Shown here piece by piece: positions 1 through 11,593 of a stretch of DNA of 64,000 nucleotides (position 1 is the first letter of the stretch; every line of letters begins with the position of its first letter). Made by a program: the position numbers and the translations under genes. Source of the DNA: Antedon mediterranea (lineage: Eukaryota > Animalia > Echinodermata); assembly GCF_964355755.1 (NCBI RefSeq), contig NC_092676.1, forward strand, positions 16,634,871-16,698,870, given 5' to 3'. A model generated the notes under the pieces. That model did no database searches. It saw nothing but the letters and a program-made list of their open reading frames with translations, and was not told the origin of the DNA.

Positions 1-930
1 TCATCGCCGCCGCTGTATTCTCTACTGGATCTTGTTGTTGATTGTTTATCAGCCATATTTTAAATCTGGATGAGGGTCTTCTTACTAGTTAATCGTAGTT
101 ACCGAGACGTTCACAAGTCTACTGTTCCAAATAGATAATGTACTGTTCTTAAAACAATGTGTGTGTACTTACGATTAGACAAAACGTAGCACCACGGCTT
201 CCGTAAAATATCACAGTATCGTAAGTACCGCTTCCTCAAAATATCAATAAAAGTATAGTTGATCCTACAACAGCCACCACTCTATGGCAAAATACAGTAG
301 ATCAAACTGCTACCACAAAATATCACAACAGTAGAAAAATACACAGTTAAGTCGAACAGTAGATCGAAATAACCGCTACCACCAAATTAGGCTGAACACC
401 GCTGCCACCAAATTAGGCTGAACACCACTGCCACCAAATTTTGTCGAACACCGCTGCCACCAAATTATGTCACGAACTCCTCTCACGTATGTTTCCGAGC
501 GGTTGAAAATACTTTAGGAACTCCCTTGTGACATAAAAGTATACACACAAAATCCACAAAGTTGTAAAATAACTCAAAACAAAGCTTTAATTTCAATCAA
601 CTTCAACTTTTAACAATCCAGTAAGCACTTTAAACAACAGCTTTACAATGACTTTACAATACAATATCCAACCTCTAATCCAACAACCTTACAATAGTTT
701 ACATCCCTTTATATACAAGATGCTCCTATCCTTCTAGATCATTCTTTATACTTCTCATTATTACATGATTACAGTTTCTATTAATAGCACTTCTGGAATG
801 TTCTTGATTGTTCTTATTAATTATACATGATTTCTTAAATCAAAACATCTTATTCTAGAATGTTCATGTAAATACTATGTTACTCTATATGTTAGGGAAT
901 GGTAATTTATTACAATCTCATACATTACAA
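1..930 (-). mobile_element. 5' end of a Gypsy-like LTR retrotransposon (LTR, tRNA-Leu PBS, likely gag start running off the left edge)
   Basis: On minus, LTR end ...TGACA at 468 is followed by TAATT and TGGTGGCAGCGGTG (462-449), complementary to the tRNA-Leu 3' end CACCGCTGCCACCA. An ATG at 56 opens MADKQSTTRSSREYSGGD. The far LTR boundary is uncertain. Confidence 0.6.
372..466. repeat. Four tandem copies of a 26-bp unit containing the PBS
   Basis: ACCRCTRCCACCAAATT recurs at 372, 398, 424 and 450. Confidence 0.85.
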
Positions 931-2665
931 ATAATATCATAAATTTAATATTATTCAATTGTTGAAATGATAGTAAACCTCATGTTAGTACTGTATGAGA
1001 AATAAATTTAAGCAAAAGAGTTTAAAAGTCTCTTTTGGCCATGATTTGTATTGTGTTTTTTACAGGGGCCATTTCACCTGAACCGGTGAGGTGAAATGAA
1101 CCCTTAGCCTCTGACCCCGAATCATTTGCTTTTGCTCCGTGTTGGCTCAAATGTTTACCCGCCAACTTATCAGGAAAGATACATAGGCCTATAGCAGCAA
1201 CTGACCTGACCGACAAGCATATTTTGCGTCGATAGGTAAGAGGAGAAAAACATGCCACCTCTACAACGGCGATGCACAAGTCCAGCCAAATATAAAGGTA
1301 CGATACTGTATGGTCTTAGGTCTTAAAGAAAGAAGAAGAAATGGACTCAGTTACTGGAAAACTCTAACAGAGTTATCCCTACAGATTTGACAATATAGGT
1401 AATTTTACGAAACCATATCACAGTTATGGACACAGATACTCTTCGTACATAACAAAACTTTCAGGACAGATAACTTGATGACTTTGAAGTAAAAGGTATC
1501 ACAAAAAATATATGAACCGACTGAATGAGTAAGTTCGATAACATAATTAATTAAACTTAGATGGATCAGAGAGAATTTTCCTAATTACCCAAATCAAATC
1601 AAGAGAAGTCACCAGACGACATCAACATTAGACGAGCTTACTCACAAATTCAAAATGCTTCTCCAAACTCGTCGCCGGCTTAACAATGCTTTCCCAGAGA
1701 GAACACTGAACTGAATAAAAGGCCGAAATCTTTTCAAAACAACTTGTAATATAAGATTAAACGACCAGAAATAAATTATTTGACATAGTCTAAAGAAGAC
1801 GAGACGAGAGAAGACGAAAAAAAAAGACATAATCCAACAATTCACCCGGAATCGTCTAGGAGCTGCAAACATTTCTTGGCAACTACACTGGCCTCTTAAT
1901 TGAGTGGACAAAAGTATGACAGTCCAGAGTTTATATAATTGAACCAAAGCATCAAATCCAAGGCTACAAAACACTGAAAAATGTTATACAACAAAAAAAT
2001 TTATTTTATCAAGGAATAGAAAAAATAGGATTAAAAGCCGATAGAGGACAGGTATCAATTGGATTGGTACCCCACTTAACAGAACAGGAGGCAACCATAC
2101 TGTAGTATAAGCTGAGTTTACTGTTTTAAAGCTACACACGAAAACATTGGGCAACAAATCGAAGACTGGATACATGCAGTGCAGATAGATTAGTGACGCG
2201 CATGGAGAAGTGGTAAGACACACAAGTAAGAGCAAGTATCTTGTTTTGCACTTGGGGGCACGAAAGAAAGTAAAGCTAGCATTCAAAGAATAAATGTATG
2301 GATATGGAGAAGCAAATCCTGCCGTATCCCTAATGGCAAACTTAGAGGTGAAACTGATGGCTTTGTTGCGAAAAGTACTGCTACAGTTTATGTTTATACT
2401 GTCGGATTCCCGAGTTCATGTCGGATTCCTGAGTTCATGAGCGATTAGTTCATATACATATCTTTTACACTCAAAACAATCACGGAGACAAATCAGGCAG
2501 AAAACCATCAGCTTTTATGGTTGCTAGTATTTCCTTACCTTTAAACTTGTATTTTACCATTGCTGTACAGACCATTCTGTTATTTTTTGTATACAATAAC
2601 AAACGGTAAATAAAACCAAATACAGCGCAAATAATATTGATGCATTTGTGGAAGGTTACCAGGAT

Positions 2666-2722
2666 AGATGCTGCAGATATTGTGATAGCTCACATGGAAG
2701 GCGCTGCTAGGAAAGAGATAAG
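2666..2722 (+). mobile_element. Tiny Gypsy gag remnant
   Basis: Translates to DAADIVIAHMEGAARKEI, similar to AADFIIAHLEGAARREI in the gag fragment at 56470-56781. Confidence 0.55.
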
Positions 2723-2786
2723 CTACAATTCTCTAATTCCATATTGGAATTGTGAGAGTCAATAGAAAACATCAAATTCTACTTTC

Positions 2787-4012
2787 AACATTGAGATGGA
2801 CAATAGCAGACTTCACTGCTTTCTTCTTTCCATATTGAGATGGTCAAAAGCAGACACCACTGCTTCTTTCATTCCACAATGAGATGGTCAATAACAGACA
2901 TGACTGCTTTCTCCTTTCCACATTAAGATGGTCAATAGCAGACATCACTGCTTTCTTCGTTCCACATTGAGATGGTCAATAACAGAAATCAATTTATTCT
3001 TCATTCCATATTGAGATGGTCAATAGCAGACTTTACTGCTTTCTTCTTTCCATATTGAGATGGTCAATAGCAGACACCATTGCTTCTTTCATTCCACAAT
3101 GTGATGGTCAATAACAGACATGACTGCTTTCTCCTTTGCACATTAAGATGGTCAATAGCAGACATCACTGCTTCTTTCATTCCACATTGAGATGGTCAAT
3201 AGCAGATATCACTGCTTTCTTCCTTCCACATTCAGATGGTCAATAGCAGACACCACTGCTTTCTTCATTCTACATTGAGATGGTCAATAACAGACATCAC
3301 TGCTTTCTTCCTTCCACATTCAGATGGTCAATAGCAAACACCACTGCTTCTTTCATTCCACATTGAGATGGTCAATAGCAGATATCACTGCTTCTTTCAT
3401 TCCACATTGAGATGGTCAATAGCAGACATCACTGCTTTCTTCCTTCCACATTCAGATGGTCAATAGCAGACACCACTGCTTTCTTCATTCCACATTGAGA
3501 TGGTCAATAACAGAAATCAATTTATTCTTCATTCCATATTGAGATGGTCAATAGTAGACTTTACTGCTTTCTTCTTTCCATATTGAGATGGTCAATAGCA
3601 GACACCATTGCTTCTTTCATTCCACAATGTGATGGTCAATAACAGACATGACTGCTTTCTCCTTTGCACATTAAGATGGTCAATAGCAGACATCACTGCT
3701 TTCTTCATTCCACATCGAGATGGTCAATAGCAGAAATCACTTCATTCTTCATTGTACATTGAGATGGTCAATAGCAGACACCACTGCTTCTTTCATTCCA
3801 CATTGAGATGGTCAATAGCAGACATCACTGCTTTCTTCCTTCCACATTCAGATGGTCAATAGCAGAAACCACTACTTTCTTCATTCTACATTGAGATGCT
3901 CAATAGCAGACATCACTGCTTTCTTCATTCCACATTGAGATGGTTAATGGCAGACATCAGTGCTTTCTTTAATCCACATTGAGACGGTCAATAGCAGACA
4001 TCACTGCCTTTT
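2787..4012 (-). repeat. 44-bp minisatellite (~28 copies) derived from the FANCE terminal codons and stop
   Basis: Plus-strand unit CATTGAGATGGTCAATAGCAGACATCACTGCTTTCTTCATTCCA, period 44 (3361 to 3405). The rightmost copy is the FANCE coding end KKAVMSAIDRLNVD*. Confidence 0.95.
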
Positions 4013-7000
4013 TGAGGAATGTTTCATTGCCTTCAAGCAATGTCCTTAAGCTTCTCATATGATCTGAAGTCAACTGAAATTAGAAAAAATAGTGAGAAAT
4101 TAAAATAAGAAATATAATACAGTAATAATAGTATGAAATGAAATATTTAGAACATTTGCTGAAATAAATCACTAGCATAAAATCATACTACTTCTCTTGA
4201 CAAGCTTCTGCTCTTTGTACAGTGGTCATAAGAAAGTGATGACTCACTCTTTGTGTGGAGAATTGAAATAAATAAATAAAACATAGAATATGTACCTGGC
4301 TTCCATATTTCTTTACAAATGTGTGTAGTAGCTTGGCAAATTTTGCACATGAACGCATATTAGATGCATGATTCTGTAACCCTGATACAATCATGGTAAT
4401 GTCACTGTCTTCGAATTGAAGCTAGAAGAGAAAAAAGAATGATCTTTACTTCAAGGATCAAAATAAACTTTCGAGTTATGGCAGGCCTGTACATTAAATG
4501 GACAAAAATCCAAATTTAGTGTGAACTTTTTTTTGTTTCATTATACTTTTTTGATATGGAAATTATTTTAAGTTGATCATTCTTCATTCCTAATAATAAG
4601 AAAACTAGACACCTGGTTTCTATATAGTTTTGTAATCTGTCAATATTGGCCACTGGAAACCGATTTTCATGATTGGATTCATGATTTTTAAACCACTCCC
4701 AAAAACTGTTTTTAGGTTTTACATCAAAATACAGACTATTCTTCTATCTACTTACTTTTGAATCTATCAACAATTGTACACAAGTAGTCACATGAACATT
4801 CCACAACATATTTTCCTTAAAGATGTCTCTAAAGAAATAAAGAACAAAGAACTAATTATTAACAATAAACCAAACTTCGAGCAGCAATGTTGAAGACCAA
4901 TCTCCAGAAAAATAAGTAAAAGAGGTAAAAAAGAGTAAAATCCTCAATCCATATTACTTTGATTACTTCTTAAGATTGTAGTGTATCTTCATATAAATAC
5001 AAAAATTCATTAAAAAATACCCCTAATTTGTATTACGAATTCTGAACAGAAAAACAATTAATGCAGCAACTAGACGACGTCAGGGATAGCTAATTAGGTA
5101 GTGCATTGTTTCTCTCTTTTTATCATAAATTACCATACAACGTACATCTAAGACAAGGAATGACCTGATTTAATGTTTTTAAAGTAATATATAATAATAT
5201 GCATTATTTTTATAAAACATCAACAATTGTAGGGAATTGGTCTTTATTTAATACGGTACAATCTATATTTAAAATCGATTCCCGCCTCAATGTATTTTTT
5301 ATTCAATTCTTTTAAAATGAAATCTAGTCTTTGAAAAGTACTTACCTAAAGAAAAGATGTTTGTTATCAACATCGAGGGCATCTTTAACAATATTTGTAA
5401 CTAAACTGCATTGACAAGCCGCGAACTTATCACTCTGAATAACTGGTATCAGAATATTCTGTACTGCAGGTCCCTGGAAAACTTTACTGAACGTCAGAGA
5501 TGCATTGACGAGTTGTCTTGAAGGAGGGTTTGTTAAATCTAGAATCTGAACAAATTTATATTTTATTTCCACAAATGTACTGATAAGTAAACTGAATACA
5601 TCTTGTTAGTTTGTAGTCAGTTATCATTTCTAAAAAAAAAAATTAAAGATAAGATGTCTAAATAAAATTAGGTTAAGATAAAAAAACAATATGCAAGGGT
5701 GCTTTAGTCTGTTTCGACATATTTTGATGGCTACCTTTTTCATGAATAGAAGTTGTGCAATCATAGTAAGACTAGTGATTGGTAAATAGTCTGATACAGC
5801 AGCAAAATCTTGGCTAACAGTCACTAAATGTTTGGTGTAAAGTTCTTCAAGTTTCAGGATTCTACAAGCAACACTCATCTATAATACAAACACAATAACA
5901 TACACTAATATACAAATAATGAATGTGAAAGATGAAATTCTTTTTTCACGAGGCAAAGCCTGAAAATATAATTTAATATTTCCCCAAATAAAATTATTTG
6001 TACGATCGCACAAATATATGAACATTAATTATTTGTTTTATATAATATTCAAGTAGATTTTTGTCAATGCCATTGTCCTGATCTTGTTGTTTTGAAGGAG
6101 AGATCACGTCATGCGAGTTGCTACCTTAGCAGAACAACAGCTATTTGATTTCAGACAGATTTTTCCCCCATACTATTGCATGCCATGTGTATAAGTATAC
6201 ATATTTATAATTTAGTATACACTTTATTATTATTATCTATGACAGAGGCTGATGTAACCATTGCCCATTTCAAGGATGGAATGGGTTGAGTGCACATGAT
6301 GTTCTTAGTATACCACCAATGGTGAGTCAGATGTGATACTAGACTAATATCGTTTCATGTGTGCTCTGCTACTACTGTATACGTATACATTTAAAAAAAA
6401 TGTAGAGTACATGATTAACATACTGATATCAGCTTGAATTGTATACACACATGACAAGTCACTCAAAGAAATACAAATAAGGAAGAGTATTCATATCAAG
6501 TATGAAAATCTGATCAGTGAGTACAGTGAAATACCTTATCTTTTACATTCAAATACCTTATCTATAACTTCCATTTTGTTTGAATAAAGTTAAATACTGT
6601 ACCTGAGCACTGTTAAGGGTACCAAGAAATCCCAAATCATAACATGACTTTTGCGAACTCAGCCAAGAGCGAGAAATTTTCTCCAATTTTATCTAGGAAA
6701 AATGAGCAGAAAACAATTCAATTATACAATGTATAATTAGTTTTTGTTAAATAAAACAGTAGTTTTCACGGACATATTTGACAGTACAAGAACAATTTTG
6801 ATATATCTAATTTGTAATATAAACTATCTTTATTATTATCAATGGTAGTCAATACATTATGAGATGCTGTGATTTCTCCCCTACTTTTAGGATGGCAACA
6901 AAAGAAGAAAGATTTTGGGCCATCAAGTTTGGTTCTCACTCTGGCGCAACACAAGTAAGTTGACAAATCACAAGCAATGAATCTTCTGAACTGTCGCTTG

Positions 7001-10000
7001 TGATTGGTCAACCGAGAGAGTTGACATAATAACAAACCTGCAGATCAGTATCCAAGTGTTCATTCGGTTCTTGAACACAGACTGCATCATTTCCAGAAGC
7101 CGCAGCGATTTGTTCTTTTACCAATGATTCTTCTGAAATCACTCCCCTCTGTTTCTTCTCTACTGTCTCAGATAAATCACTTATAAATGCTACTGTATCA
7201 TATCCAATATTTCTCTTTAAATAAATTTGAGATGGAGTTTTGTTATCTTGATTACAAACAGTCAACAGACCATCTGATAAATGCTGTTTTCCATCAGCAT
7301 GATGACTAGTTATTTCACTTGCTGATTTCATAGTGTTATTGTGACTTAGGCCTAATGTCTCTGGGCTTATGTGCGGTAAGTTCGTAGTACTGGTGGTTTG
7401 CATAAAAGTGCCTGGAGGGAAACTTGAAATTCCGGTGTTATTTACACTGTCTGATGTGCAAGTAGCAGACACATTCTTTAGATTATCACTGCTATTTATG
7501 GATGAAATATTACTTTTTTTTAACTTCTGACAAATCATAAAAACCCTATTTTTAGTTGTAGTGTTAACAATATCTATGGCTTTATATTCAATATCTTTTT
7601 TCATCCGCGTGCATATTTTGTTTTGAAGCTGTTTGAGATGAAATGCACACCACTTATCAATTAGTTTGTTGTTAGGATTCCCATAGCAATCTCTTAGCAA
7701 CACTAAGCTTTCTGTTGATATTTCAACTGCATGATGGACAATGAAAGCCACAAGGTTCCTTTGTAACAAAAGAGGAAGAAGCACAATCTTTGGTAAACTG
7801 AAACACAAACAAATATTTCCATTACATTAAAATATGAAGTTTCTTCATTTAAACAATATATTCTAAAAATGTAGTTTAAAAAATCTATGACACAATGTAT
7901 TAATATACATGTATTATTTACAGGCCTCGCAGTAATCAAGATTTGTTGTTGTCCAGATGGCAACCAGTGTCTGGCAACTGAAATGATCAAACATCTGATT
8001 GTGAATGGATTCCAAAATTATTGTAATCTTTTTTTTTCAATTTTACTTGGTGACCATTGTGACAATTTCAATTTTTAGTTAACCCTCCTGTTCCCAGCGG
8101 CTAAGAGAGAGCCATTTCCCCTCAACCGTATTCGTTTCAGAACAGTTTTTTTTTACTATCCCAGGGAGTTGAAATTTTTCAAACAGTAATTTCATCATTT
8201 TATCATAAATGTATGAAAATATGTTTCTAAAAACAAATATTCCTTATTTCATTTCCTGTTAAAATGATGTATAATGTATATTTCTAATTTTTATTTATGA
8301 AATCTATGAATTAAAAAAGTTATAATTTTCAAAATAAAATTTAAAAGAAATTGCTTAAAAAAAAATTGTAACAAAAAACGATAATAAAATGATATTTAGA
8401 AAACCATAAAAAACCAATATTTATAATAAATACCTATACATTTACATGAACAAAAGTAATAATAGGAGAGTTAGTTAGATCCGAGTTATTTCATTCAAAT
8501 CAACCGCCATCGTGTAATCTTAGCCTAGGCCCAATCAAACCATCCTATCACCATCGTTAGTCTGAGCATGCCCACTATAAGCAAGTTGCTCAGGCGAGTA
8601 AATTCAGACAATGTGCTGCATGGGCCTACAAAAAATCCTTCTCGCGTTTCCCCTTTTTTTAAACAAAGGAGTCAGTATTTCTGGTTGTGTGATTAGATAC
8701 GGTTAACGTGTAATCCACAAACAACAGGATTTTGATAAATTAATCAGTTTTTAATTGATATTTCCAAAAGATTTTGCAATAGCGAATATTTTTTAATTGC
8801 TGTTTTCCGAAAGAAAATGTTATGCTTGATCGAATGGAAGCTATCCCAGAATCCTCAGACAAGCAGAAGTTAGAGGGTATGTTTGGTTACTAACGCCGCC
8901 TCGGGGTTTTCAATGCATATTTAATTAGGTGTCTAACGCCGCCCGTGGTACTAAGAGGGTTTTAACTTGCATAAATTGTTGGTTTCCGCAGGACCAAGGG
9001 CAACTGATTTTGCAAGCTCAGTTTAAATGTTGTTGTATAAATAATTAATACAGTATAACAAACGTACAACTTTAAAGAGTTACTAATACAGCAGGGCTCT
9101 TTCTGATAAAGTGCTTTCAAAAGGTCTGGCCATAGTGGTTCCATTTTCCATGACTTGAGATGCCATTGACTTTCTGCCAACCATAATTCTGCATGCTGAA
9201 GAGCATCAGTGGAAGATGATAGATATTCTAATAAACCTTGAAGAGAAAATAATAATAATAATTTCGAACTATTATCAAAGAATAAATCAAAACAATTATA
9301 TTTTCTGGAAGTAACTAACCTAAACCATGCTGCAGTTGTTACTGTAAAGTGCAACTATGTTAAAAAAGCCAAGCGTGGTGGGCTTGTGATAAGGCTATGG
9401 CCTAGGGGTTGCGCCAAGCGTGGTGGGCTTGTGATAAGGCTATGGCCTAGGTCGGTTTTCTGCTTGTTTTTTTTTATTTAAGAGAAATTATTTAGAGGGT
9501 TAGGATTTTAATGTTTAGGACAAGTTTTAATATTTAGGACAAGATTTATATTTAGGAACAAGTTTTATATTTAGGAATGCAATTTTATCGTACCTTTAGC
9601 AAACGGAAGTTAGGACAAGCTCTGGCGTTAATTAAAAAACAGGCTTAATTGAGACGCTGATATTGCCAGCTAAATTTTATTTTATGATTGAGGCCTTTTT
9701 CCTTCCTCAGCCTAATCAATATTGGATAATTGTTATTATAATAATTGTATTGAATTGATATATTGATTGATTAACCATAAATAATTAATAAATTAAATTG
9801 TTTTTAACATTATGGGGAAACGAAGATGTTAAAAAAGACCAAAATGGATTAAAAACAGGCAGAGATACATTGTACACAAAAAGCCTAACAATTACAACAA
9901 TGTGACTTGTGCGATGCAATTTATGTTGGATATACATGCCGACACCTCTACCAACGCATTGTTGAACATAGTAGATGCTTAATAGGACAGCATTTAAAGG

Positions 10001-11185
10001 ATCATAAAGTGATTGTTAATCCAAGTAAAATTAATTCATGTTTTAGTATACTTAGGAAATGCAAAAACAAATTCGACTGTCTTATCTATGAAATGTTGTA
10101 CAGTATATCAGACAATTAAAACCTAGTCTGAATAAACAAAGTGACTCTGTAAAAGCTAAGCTTTTCATTTGACAGGATGTTAGACAATAGGTCTTTTGTT
10201 ATTTAAACTTTGACCCTTGGCTTGTGCTATTTAATTAGTTGTTGTTTTATATTTTATTCATTGGACTTGATAATGACCCCATGATGGAGTCGAAACGTCG
10301 TTCTTTTTTAAGCGTTATTTTTATATTAAATATTTATTTATTACTACTGATAGTGATAATAAAAAAACAGGCTTAATTTATAATATTAAAATAACAAATA
10401 AAACCCCGTAGTTTTCAAAATAATGACTAATCATGGCCTTTTTTTAATGAAAGATACATTATGACTCATTTTGCGCACCATATATATCCTACTGCTCGGA
10501 CTGATTTTATCCAAGCCGGACCGGACAGGTTTTGGCAGCATTACATGGTCCCCCGGACTGATTTTTGCAGCCAAAACTGGTCCGCCGAATCAATTTTTTT
10601 TGGCCTGGACTGATTTTGGTGTAACAGAGTGGAGAGGGTAGGCACTACTAGTATCTAGGCCTGCCTAGCTAGTATTAGTAAGTAGGCCTATCCTACTACT
10701 ATCTAGCTAGCTACAAATTATTGATTACATATAGGCTAGCCTAGTCTGGGCTCCAGACGGAGTTTTGTCTTAATATTAGTAAAAATATAAATATTTTTGC
10801 ACATATGGCGTTTCATACATGTATTACTTGAGTTTGGATTTTCAGACAAAAATCGCGGTCGAAATAAAAACAAATAAATAAAAAAAAAAGACAATAAATA
10901 CAGACTTGGGGCAAGTCTAAGGCTAGCCTAGCTAGGGTGCAGCCTGGCGGACTAGCCTAGCTAGCCATGGCATAGCCTACTAACTAACTAGGCTAGTTAC
11001 TAGTTAGTTAGGCTATCTATTCTAGGGCCTAGCTAGGCTAAAGTAAAAGAGGTTTAATATTATTAAACTATAAATAAAAAGCATACTTATCGCCGGCATA
11101 GCATATTAGTAGACTTACCTCTCCACTCTTTTGGAAAATAGCTTAAATTACAGTCGTTATTGTTTGTATCTAATTGAAGTTCCAT
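3969..11185 (-). CDS. FANCE: Fanconi anemia group E protein (FA core complex), 9 coding exons, 577 aa
   Basis: Exons on minus: 11185-11119, 9236-9068, 7797-7038, 6692-6603, 5878-5735, 5545-5346, 4828-4756, 4421-4296, 4073-3969 (TAA). All introns are GT-AG with compatible phases; total 1734 nt. Peptides LWPDLLKALYQKEP, LPLLLQRNLVAF, ILDLTNPPSRQLVNA, SCAKFAKLLHTFVKKYGSQ and LEGNETFLKKAVMSAIDRL recall human FANCE (LPRICQRNLMSLL; ILSLTSSASRLL; SMAYAKLMLTVMTKY; LEPNTTFLRKSL). The first exon is the least certain. Confidence 0.85.
8083..8959. mobile_element. piggyBac-like non-autonomous element in FANCE intron 2
   Basis: TTAA|CCCTC at the left end; GAGGG|TTTTAA at the right end; imperfect TIRs; no ORF. 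Confidence 0.45.
9895..10330 (+). mobile_element. Penelope-like element 3' fragment (GIY-YIG endonuclease, followed by a hammerhead-like motif)
   Basis: CDAIYVGYTCRHLYQRIVEH...FSILRKCKNKFDCLIYEML, then a frameshift to LKPSLNKQSDS. GAC-TTGATAAT-GAC...GTC-GAAAC-GTC at 10264-10300. Confidence 0.75.
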
Positions 11186-11269
11186 TCCTTTTCAACGTTG
11201 ACGTGTGGCACTGCTGGCACATGTTGTTAAAAGAAATAAACAAACCTATGTGTGACGAGCGTGTGATGT

Positions 11270-11420
11270 AATTGGCTTATTATTATTCTCTCTAAAAAAA
11301 GAAGGGCGGATCGGATAGGTTTATATGTTGGGCTGCGCGCGCACCATCATCTGGGTTTGGTCGTCGACGTCGTTGGTGGTGTTTTTCGCGCGGGGATTTT
11401 TGAATTGATGAAGAAGGTAG
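11270..11420. promoter_or_regulatory. Candidate bidirectional cell-cycle promoter
   Basis: CpG-rich patch ~90-230 bp upstream of the FANCE ATG. ATTGG at 11271, GGGCGG at 11304, E2F-like TTTCGCGC at 11384-11391, CHR-like TTTGAA at 11399-11404, and a plus-strand donor AAG|GTAGG at 11416/11417. Confidence 0.5.
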
Positions 11421-11593
11421 GCCTAGCCTAGAGTAATAATGATTTTATTTTATTTACAATAGGATATTTAATATACTGAAGTCTGCCTAGGCAAGGTGTA
11501 AAATAATAATCTGCAATGGTTGGAATATCAATCATAGCAGGCTAGCTAGGCCTAGGCTAGTACTAGCGGCCCTAGTACAGTAGGCCTAGTAGG

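Noticed and set aside
2295-2365. Possible HDV-like ribozyme near decayed LINE-like sequence
   Set aside because: I could not build the nested double pseudoknot pairings by eye.
2787-3968. Repeat as a coding extension of FANCE
   Set aside because: The 44-bp period is not a multiple of three, and an in-frame TAA lies at 3971-3969.
7008-7808. Stand-alone 266-aa gene
   Set aside because: It is FANCE coding exon 3 (7797-7038) plus intron overhang.
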